Source: an uncultured bacterium (GTDB lineage: Bacteria > Bacillota > Bacilli > Lactobacillales > Streptococcaceae). Taken from it: DNA of 24,000 bases. Every line of letters begins with the position of its first letter. The first letter of the stretch is position 1. Of the stretch, positions 1-7,400 are shown piece by piece. Both the position numbers and the translations under genes were made by a program. A model generated the notes under the pieces. It saw only the letters and a list, made by a program, of their open reading frames with translations. It was not told the DNA's origin and did no database searches. The DNA lies in assembly GCA_963519555.1 (NCBI GenBank), contig CAUQNI010000011.1, positions 14,600 through 38,599 on the forward strand. Reading direction: 5' to 3'.

Positions 1-2
1 AA

Positions 3-419
3 TCATTTGCACAAATTGATAAAACTATTCAAGAAAGTGCAACAAAAAGGCAAGAATTGCAAGATGAAATGAAGAAGATTGAGCATGAAATAAAGCAGCT
101 ATCAATGACCATGGAGAACATTCATACCATAAAAAAATATCGGCACATATATCAAGTCTACAAAGAAGATACTACTGACAAAGCTTTCCTCAAAGAGAAT
201 CAAACTGAAATCACACTTTACCGAAATGCACTAAAAAATCTTAAAAAATCTTATGCAAAACTCCCTAACACAAAAAAAATACTCACTCAACTTGACCTCT
301 TACAAGAAAAAAAGAATACCCTTTTTCAAGAGTATTCTTCAACAAAAAATAGTATATCTGAGCTATATCAATTTAGAAAAAATTATGAAACATATCTAGG
401 GGAAGAGGTGGAACGTTGA
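3..419 (+). CDS. Relaxase/mobilisation protein, C-terminal coiled-coil part (partial, 5' end outside window)
   Basis: The frame of the 57..419 ORF stays open back to nt 3 (SFAQIDKTIQESATKRQELQDEM...), so the gene starts upstream of the window. The pattern ...IKKYRHIYQVYKE...FLKENQTEITLYRNALKNLKK..KLPNTKKILTQLDLLQEKKNTLFQEY...ELYQFRKNYETYLG matches, from memory, the conserved C-terminal tail of relaxases of clostridial/enterococcal conjugative transposons (...HKAAKKAFDEL..KLPT.K.L..EY..L..EKK..Y.EY...). No catalytic domain is visible. Confidence 0.55.
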   Translation, partial: SFAQIDKTIQESATKRQELQDEMKKIEHEIKQLSMTMENIHTIKKYRHIYQVYKEDTTDKAFLKENQTEITLYRNALKNLKKSYAKLPNTKKILTQLDLLQEKKNTLFQEYSSTKNSISELYQFRKNYETYLGEEVER

Positions 420-439
420 TAGAAATAATCAACTCCTCC

Positions 440-1246
440 TTACAAATTAATTCCAATTGCAGAAGCAATCATCTGTATTCCTGCACTTAAATCTGGCAAG
501 GCTGCAATAGAAGTAGCAATAAATTGCATACTTTTTAAGCAGGTTGCAAGTATAGATAATTTAGGAGTGCTCTCCCTCACTTCCTTCTTTAAAGTCTCTA
601 AATTTTGATTTAAAACCAATTTAGAGTTCTCATCTTCAATTTTAGCTATTGAAGATTCAATACTTTCTATTGCCTTATCAATCTTATCAGTATTAAAATG
701 ATTTACCTGCTCCGCATTAACTGTTCCCCCATTATCTACCACATTAACTTGTGTTCCGGAAGCATTAACATTGACATTAAAAATGGTATTTTGATTATCA
801 TAGCCCATATCCGTAGCTATGTCTTTCATATAATTTTCGATCTCACTAACAAAAGGATAAATCATCCTATCTCCAAATGCTTTTGCCATATCTTGATATT
901 TATTGCTACTGGCATAATACCAACCAAAAGTGTATGTATCCCAATTTTTATTAACAATACACAAAAAAGTTTGATACAATCGATAAGCTTTTTCTCTACC
1001 GTTACTTCCTAGCTTTAATGTAATTGTGCCGTATGAGTCATATACTTCCTCTAATGTTGACTCTAGTTCATCTATGTCAAAAGCAAGGGTTTCTAAATAT
1101 TCACTTAATAAAGGGGTTTCTTCAATAAAATCTAAAAACTCTTGAAGACTGTCATTCTGCTCTCTAAAGTGTGAATTCATCACATTTGAAGCCAGTGTTC
1201 TAAATTTTCTACTAATCTTTTTTAATTCATTTTTACTAATCTTCAT
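440..1246 (-). CDS. Hypothetical protein: helical N-domain, N/V/G-rich linker, coiled coil, C-terminal hydrophobic helix-Pro-helix (putative membrane-active effector)
   Basis: 268-aa ORF with ATG at 1244-1246 and GGAGAG about 8 nt upstream. It overlaps the upstream ORF by 11 nt. C-terminus is LSILATCLKSMQFIATSIAALPDLSAGIQMIASAIGINL. I recognise no family. Confidence 0.8.
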   Translation of the reverse strand: MKISKNELKKISRKFRTLASNVMNSHFREQNDSLQEFLDFIEETPLLSEYLETLAFDIDELESTLEEVYDSYGTITLKLGSNGREKAYRLYQTFLCIVNKNWDTYTFGWYYASSNKYQDMAKAFGDRMIYPFVSEIENYMKDIATDMGYDNQNTIFNVNVNASGTQVNVVDNGGTVNAEQVNHFNTDKIDKAIESIESSIAKIEDENSKLVLNQNLETLKKEVRESTPKLSILATCLKSMQFIATSIAALPDLSAGIQMIASAIGINL

Positions 1247-1697
1247 CTAGTATCTCTCCACAAAAAGGACAGTAGCCACCTTCAAATAAAGTCAGACTAC
1301 TTAATTTAAAAATATTTTCACAACAATAGCATTTCTTTACTTCATAGTCCCCAACTTTTCTATGTACAGAAGTTTCAGGTTCCCTTTTTAATTGTTTACT
1401 AGATTTAAAGTTTAAATTTTTACTATTGCTAAAGTTTTTTTCAAGCTCTTGTGAAAAATCATTTAATAAATCTACAACCTGATTTTTTATAAGACGATTG
1501 GCAGATTCTAAAACATCATCATCTAAGTAGTTATCATGTGTTAAACCACACTTTGGACACCAAATAACTATTAGTTCATCTGACTTCAAATCATCAACTT
1601 GAAGCATAAACTTTTCACTGCAAGAGGGGCACTTTAATAAAACATATCCCTCACCATCACTAGGTATAGAAATTTCTACTTCGTATGTATTTGACAT
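1236..1697 (-). CDS. Double zinc-ribbon protein (two CxxC...CxxC units), function unknown
   Basis: 153-aa ORF with ATG at 1695-1697 preceded by GGAAGGAG. Cys pairs are C23/C26 + C47/C50 (CPSC...CPKC) and C123/C126 + C143/C146 (CYCC...CPFC), separated by a polar helical linker. The tail is acidic (ILDED). Confidence 0.8.
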   Translation of the reverse strand: MSNTYEVEISIPSDGEGYVLLKCPSCSEKFMLQVDDLKSDELIVIWCPKCGLTHDNYLDDDVLESANRLIKNQVVDLLNDFSQELEKNFSNSKNLNFKSSKQLKREPETSVHRKVGDYEVKKCYCCENIFKLSSLTLFEGGYCPFCGEILDED

Positions 1698-1718
1698 ACA
1701 ATCTCCTTCCTCGATAAA

Positions 1719-1747
1719 ATTATAATTCTACTTTGGACAGTAATCAA
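1719..1747 (-). promoter_or_regulatory. SigA-type promoter of the zinc-ribbon/effector pair
   Basis: The minus strand reads TTGATT (1747-1742), a 17-nt spacer, then TATAAT (1724-1719). This sits about 22 nt upstream of the ATG, so the leader is short and contains the GGAAGGAG RBS. Confidence 0.55.
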
Positions 1748-1912
1748 TCTATTAATTTAAAAATATTCATAGCTTATATCAAGAAAGCAGAAAATGCTAT
1801 AGTAGACTAGGAGTATTATTGTGATGAAGACAATCACACTTTTCAACCTTAATATGTAAATCCTTTAGAAGATTGATACTTATCAATACTGCTTCACCAG
1901 TATTTAATTTTT

Positions 1913-2983
1913 TTATTTTGTTGTTGATTTAATATTTTCTAAAAAAATTTCTTTAACATTTTGCAAATCCGCTTTAATTTTATCAACATCCGTTCTTATA
2001 TAATTAATCAAGTCTTCACTAGATACCTGTTTTTTTATACGAGCATAATCATAATAATCTTTTTTACCATATGTTTTCCATTTTTTTCTTGAAGATGATT
2101 TTTCTAAAATTGGATTATCCTCTAGATTGAAATTATATAAACAAGTTTTCTCTTTTATACTATCACATATTCTTTCTAAATCACCTAGTTTTTCCTTATC
2201 TTCAAGAGAGAAATTAACCTTATGTCTATACTGATTCCCTTGTATCTGAATATCAAAAGATGATGTAGTACCTTCGATAGGAAGATCAATTCCAAAATGA
2301 TGTCCTCCCTTTATTCTACCAGAGTATGTTTTATACCCTAAATCAGCAATCTTATTCTGTAAGTTCGCATAATGAATCTTCTCGATAACCGACCTTAATC
2401 TCATACCTTCAAGCACTTTATTATTAGTCTCTTCAAAATAGTATGATTCACCATAACTTACCTTTCCAATAAACTTTTCCAAATTCTCCATATATTCGAT
2501 ATAATCCTTTAAGAATAATCTAAAAGTCTCATCTACTTTATCAAGTGAATCACGATAATACTCAATTAGCTCATCATAACTTCTTCTAAACCAACTATCA
2601 GGTAGTTTAAATCCAGGTTTAACTAAACTAAGAAGTATCCCTTTAGCATTAGAATCTTTTTCAGAATAACGAATTAATTGATTCTCATCAGGTAAAGACT
2701 TAACCTTATTTTCTATAAAAATAACATGAGTTTGTCTATCTTCATCAATAACTTCGATAGTTAAATCAATCGAGTTTTTTTCTCTGTATACCTTCAAGTC
2801 CGTATATTTTTTATTAATATCAATAACATCACTAAAAAAATGATGATTAATAAATCCAGACTTCTCTAGAACAACAGCGAATAGATTGCTGTGATATAAT
2901 TCCAAATTACTTAATGACAGTTGATAATTCAGTGTATTTTCTATTTTATTCCTTAGAGCTAATAACTCATTAAAAATTTCCAT
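1913..2983 (-). CDS. PD-(D/E)xK nuclease superfamily protein (PDDEXK_4-like pattern)
   Basis: 356-aa ORF with RBS AAAGGAA. The N-terminal motif series is NLELYHSNLFAVVLE (E..HS..A..L), YREKNSIDLTIEV (D) and HVIFIENKVKSLPDENQLIRY (ExK...QL.RY). This is typical of the stand-alone PD-(D/E)xK family annotated as 'PD-(D/E)XK nuclease family protein'. I do not recognise the C-terminal half. Confidence 0.75.
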   Translation of the reverse strand: MEIFNELLALRNKIENTLNYQLSLSNLELYHSNLFAVVLEKSGFINHHFFSDVIDINKKYTDLKVYREKNSIDLTIEVIDEDRQTHVIFIENKVKSLPDENQLIRYSEKDSNAKGILLSLVKPGFKLPDSWFRRSYDELIEYYRDSLDKVDETFRLFLKDYIEYMENLEKFIGKVSYGESYYFEETNNKVLEGMRLRSVIEKIHYANLQNKIADLGYKTYSGRIKGGHHFGIDLPIEGTTSSFDIQIQGNQYRHKVNFSLEDKEKLGDLERICDSIKEKTCLYNFNLEDNPILEKSSSRKKWKTYGKKDYYDYARIKKQVSSEDLINYIRTDVDKIKADLQNVKEIFLENIKSTTK

Positions 2984-3030
2984 TTAACAATTCCTTTGCT
3001 ATTATAATCAATATATTTTTAATTTATTTT

Positions 3031-3039
3031 ATTATATCA
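3031..3039 (-). promoter_or_regulatory. Extended -10 box (TGATATAAT) upstream of the PD-(D/E)xK gene
   Basis: The minus strand reads TGATATAAT at 3039-3031, about 45 nt upstream of the ATG at 2983. There is no convincing -35. Confidence 0.35.
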
Positions 3040-3057
3040 TAAAATAAATTAATCAGT

Positions 3058-3648
3058 TTATTGAAAACAATTGAGTATAAGTTGCCCACAATCATTATCT
3101 ACAAAATGGTTTAATGCAGACTGAATTACACTTTCTTGACAATATCTTAACTTCTTTTTAGCTTTTACAGTTACTACTTCTGGTCATTCAAAAGAGAATT
3201 TTGACCAATCAATCTGAGAATTTCTAAGGTCTGAAAACCCAATACGAATAACATCACTACGATCTGATAGAGCTTTTTCAACATTTTTACCCCATTTATC
3301 GGTTGAAGCTACGAAAATACCTGATTCGAAATAGTCTTCCACAATTCACCTAGGAAGGAATCTATATCTTTTTTTGAGATTGCATGCGTATAGAATTTTT
3401 CCTGAATTGCAACTGATTCTCCAGTAAACTTTTCCGCAACTAAATCTACTGCAGTATCAACTTTAGGTATTCCAAATTCCTATGGAACATCTGCTAGAAT
3501 CCATACATTCTTAAACTCATTCTGGTATATTGGTTCATTTTGAAAATAGGCAAGTGCTAAATACTCAAAGCATTTCCCTCTACCACGTTGCGTTTCAGCA
3601 AGTTCATTAATTTCCATCACTAAACGAACAATGCCATTATCATCCACC
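3058..3648 (-). pseudogene. Remnant of an Mrr-like (PD-(D/E)xK) nuclease / SF2 helicase restriction-like gene, 5' ~590 nt only
   Basis: Minus-strand translation gives VDDNGIVRLVMEINELAETQRGRGKCFEYLALAYFQNEPIYQNEFKNVWILADVP*EFGIPKVDTAVDLVAEKFTGESVAIQEKFY..ISKKDIDSFLGEL. A frameshift near 3310-3350 follows, then GIFVASTDKWGKNVEKALSDRSDVIRIGFSDLRNSQIDWSKFSFE*PEVVTVKAKKKLRYCQESVIQSALNHFVDNDCGQLILNCFQ*. In-frame stops lie at 3480-3482 and 3184-3186, and the original frame ends in a TAG at 3309-3311. The reading frame ends at 3058-3060, where intact homologues continue with the ...LIMACGTGKT Walker A motif. Confidence 0.7.
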
Positions 3649-3754
3649 TATTCATTTATATTCTTAACTAGAAAATATTTTTAATTATTTTGCTTTCATT
3701 ATAACATTTATCGTTGTAAAAAGCTTATGCAATACTATTATATCACCCTCTTAT

Positions 3755-3781
3755 AAAAAAGTAGTGCAGCCCGTAGACTAC
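3755..3781 (-). terminator. Weak intrinsic terminator after the 218-aa SSB-like gene
   Basis: The minus strand has GTAGT (3781-3777), an 11-nt loop, ACTAC (3765-3761), then TTTTTT. It lies 11 nt after the stop at 3792. The stem is only 5 bp. Confidence 0.35.
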
Positions 3782-3791
3782 ACCATAACTC

Positions 3792-4448
3792 TCATCGTTC
3801 ACTATTTATATCTTGTTTCTTTGGTTGTTTTGGATTTGTCTGTTCTTTCTTTTTGTACTGTTTGATTGCTCCTAACACTGAATATTTGTTTTTTCCTTTA
3901 AATTGATTTCGTGCTTTTAAGAGCTTAGAAGCAAGAACTCGTACATTACTATGAATCTTACCTTGGTCATCAATAGATGTACGAATCTTCCCAAAAATCT
4001 TGACAAAATCCCCTTGTTTAAAATTTTTGGGGATTTCTCCTTTATCTCCATAAGCCGAACAGTTAGTGTAGAATTTGTTCCCCTCATCATCCTTTGATAC
4101 AACTGAAAAATTAACAGCTGTAAATACTTCCCCTTCTCTTGTTTTTCTCTCAACCACTTCAACTTCTCCAACGATATTACCAACAAGATTGACCAGGTTG
4201 TTTTCTTCTATTTGCTGACTGTCTAATTGTTGGCTCAATTCTCCATTTTCACGTAACTCTTCAATCATCTCATCAAAGGTATCATTTAACAACATCATTG
4301 AGTCATTATTTTGATAGTTATCATACAGCTTATCAAGAGCTGACTGGTCATCAATTCCTTTTTCAAAGCTGATAATTGCTTTGGTAAACTCTTTATAGTT
4401 GTCTGTTGCCATTTGTTCTAGTTGTGCTTTCATATCTTTATAATCCAT
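3792..4448 (-). CDS. SSB-like OB-fold protein with N-terminal helical extension and Lys-rich tail
   Basis: The OB-fold-like core is NLVGNIVGEVEVVERKTREGEVFTAVNFSVVSKDDEGNKFYTNCSAYGDKGEIPKNFKQGDFVKIFGKIRTS...VRVLASKL. I prefer the start ATG at 4446-4448 (MDYKDMK...) because GGAGGA (4461-4456) lies 7 nt upstream. The track ORF extends to 4484, and another ATG sits at 4463. Confidence 0.7.
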   Translation of the reverse strand: MDYKDMKAQLEQMATDNYKEFTKAIISFEKGIDDQSALDKLYDNYQNNDSMMLLNDTFDEMIEELRENGELSQQLDSQQIEENNLVNLVGNIVGEVEVVERKTREGEVFTAVNFSVVSKDDEGNKFYTNCSAYGDKGEIPKNFKQGDFVKIFGKIRTSIDDQGKIHSNVRVLASKLLKARNQFKGKNKYSVLGAIKQYKKKEQTNPKQPKKQDINSER

Positions 4449-4473
4449 TTTTCTATCCTCCATTTGTATCTTT

Positions 4474-7400
4474 TTATCGTTCATCTAATACATTTATTTT
4501 TTCATCATTACTAGTTACTTTATCCTGTGATTGGTAATTTTTTATCTGACCTAGTATAGATACTTTCTCTTCCTTTTCATGCAGATTATCCTCCACATCA
4601 TAAGTGGATTCAAAAGCATCACTATCCCTAAAGTCATCGTCATAACGATCTGCAATTCCATCATTATCCATATCTTTTGAGAGTGGGTCATAAATGTTCC
4701 CCTCATCATCTCTTTCAAGTCCTGTTGCTGCTTTCAGTTCGTCATCATTAATCGATACGAACTCAGAAAAATCACCGTATTCAATTTCCATTTTCATAGC
4801 CTCAAGTGCTTGCTCTACTGTGCCATTTTCTTCCATGTATTGATAATGACTGATTGGTGTCTCATCTACGTACTGTGTCGCTGTGTAGTCTTCTAGGTTT
4901 AATTCAAATAAAATTCCGTGCTCTTCATCATTAGAGCTTGTGTAGGCGATATCTACATGTTTTAAATCGGGATAAAGCTCATTAAAACTATCATAACTAA
5001 AGTTCTCTGCATACTCTCTATTATAAAAGTCTATAATTGCTCGTTTAAGATCTTCTAACAAAGGATTAGATTTAGATATTTCTTCTACTTCTCCCATATC
5101 TAATAATTGATTGAGTTCTGCTAGTCTTAACACCTTTGTTTTCAACTCCTCTGCCTTTTCAAATGGCTTTTCTAATTCCGCTTTAGCACGTTCAAATTGA
5201 TTTTTGGTATTGCTGAGTTTATCTTCCAATCTTTCAAGTTTTTCAGGAATCTTATCTATGACATGATCTAATCTTATTAAATTACCTTCAGCACTACTTC
5301 CCAACTCTCCAGAGTGCTTTGCATGACCATTTAAACTAAATTGATATTCGTTGCTAAATACATCAAAATGAACTTCTAAGTCTAAATTTCGATATTGTCC
5401 TATTATTGGGGAGTCATTTACTTTTAAATTTTTAATAGACTCCAGCAACCTTTCCCCAGCAATTTTTTTGTCCTTTATTCTCTCACTATGAATCGTTAAT
5501 GATGTAAACTTATTATCACCAACTCCTTGAGGTTCAATAGTATTCAAATCCTCTTTCATATCTTGAATCAATTCTTTAGTGCGTCTGATTTCCTCTGGAT
5601 AATATGTTGTCACTTTATCTTCTAATCGATAACGGTTAGCTTTATAGTTAGCCTCTAACATTTTTAGTTTTGTAACTTCATTATCCAAATCCATTTTCTC
5701 CTTGATTTTAGGGTCTCCTGTTGCGAGAGCTTTAATTTCTGCGTAATTCAAACTACTCTCATCTACATCTTCTGCAACACGAACTGGGGTCTTACTAGTC
5801 ATGATTTGTGAGATAAACTTTTGCTTATTCTCGATTGTTTGCCATAGATAGGCATCAAATGTATTTTCTGTGATATAGCGATAGATATGAACTTCTTTAT
5901 TTTCATTACCTTGCCTGATAATTCTACCCGCGCGTTGCTCCAAATCAGCTGGTCGCCAAGGAACATCTAAGTCATGCATGGCAATTAATTTCTTTTGAAC
6001 ATTTGTTCCTGCCCCCATTTTTTGAGTCGAACCCATCAAAATACGGATTTCTCCTTTTCGAACTTTTGCAAATAACTCCTCCTTTTGCTTGTCTGAATTT
6101 GCCTCATGTATAAACGCAATCTCTTCTTTAGGTATTCCCAATTTGACAAGCTTATCTCGAATATCATCATAAATATTAAAACTTCCATCTCCTTTCGGTG
6201 TAGACATATCAGAAAATAATAGCTGTGTAGATTGGGGTTCTTTTGTATTTTCCCAAATCGCAAACACATTTTTCACGCATACATTCACTTTTGAATTGTC
6301 ATCATCAGGTAGTAAAGGATTAATCAATCGTTGATCAAGGGCAAGCTTTTTCCCATCATTGGTAATTCGTAACATATTATCTTCTTCTGGCTCTACCAAT
6401 TTGTTACGAACCCTCTCTGCTCTTTCAGACAAGCCTTGTAGGATTTGTTTTTGTTCTTCACTAGGAGTTGTCTTTATAACGTCAAAGTGCGCTTCAGGTA
6501 CAGGTAGTTTTAACATATCCGCTGTTTGAATATCTGATACTTCCTTAAAAAGACTCATCAATTCAGGCAAGTTATAAAATTTAGAAAAGCGTGTTTTTAC
6601 TCGATAACCAGTCCCTTCAGGAGATAATTCAAAAGCAGATTGAGTTTCACCGAAAGTCGAAGCCCAAGAATCAAAATGTTCCAAGCCATTCTTCTTCAAT
6701 TCATCATACTGAAGATAGCGTTGCATAGTATACAATTCTGTCATTGAGTTTGAAATCGGTGTTCCAGTCGCAAATACTATCCCTTTACCATTCGTCATCT
6801 CATCCATATACCGACACTTCATAAACATATCAGATGACTTAAAAGCTTCAGACTGTCCAATTCCTGCCACATTTCTCATTTTTGTATATAGATATAGATT
6901 TTTATAATTATGAGCTTCATCCACAATCAACTTATCCACTCCTAATTCTTCAAACGTGACAACATCATCTTTTTTGAAATCGTCATTCAACTTTTTTAAC
7001 TTAAGCTCTAATTTCTTCTTTGTCTTTTGAAGTTCCTTGACTGTAAAATGTTGACTGCTATCGTACTTGTATTCTTTTATGTAATCTATAATATTATCAA
7101 TCTGATCTTGAATATGCTTTTCTTGATATTCCTTTGACATTGGAATTTTTTCAAACTGACTATGCCCAATAATTACTGCATCGTACTCGCCTGTCGCAAT
7201 CTTTCCGATAAATCGTTTCCGATTTTTAGGCTCGAAATCCTTTTTATCTGCTACCATGATGGTGGCAGAAGGATAAAGCTGCATGAACTCTCTCCCAATC
7301 TGTCCAGTTAAATGATTAGGAACGACAAATAAGGTTTTGCTACACATACCAAGCCTCTTAGACTCCATAGCACTCGCGACCATTTCAAAGGTTTTACCTG

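Noticed and set aside
405-442. Possible bidirectional terminator between the convergent relaxase and 268-aa genes (GTTGAT...ATCAAC).
   Set aside because: The stem is only 6 bp, has no flanking U/A tracts and overlaps the relaxase stop codon. It is too weak to call.
698-1012. 104-aa plus-strand ORF antisense to the 268-aa gene.
   Set aside because: It is an Ile/Asn/Phe-rich translation typical of the antisense strand of an AT-rich gene. It has no RBS and is fully nested in a better-supported gene.
3917-4186. 89-aa alternate-frame ORF within the SSB-like gene.
   Set aside because: It is nested in a gene whose main frame has a recognisable OB-fold pattern. It has no RBS and no recognisable motif.
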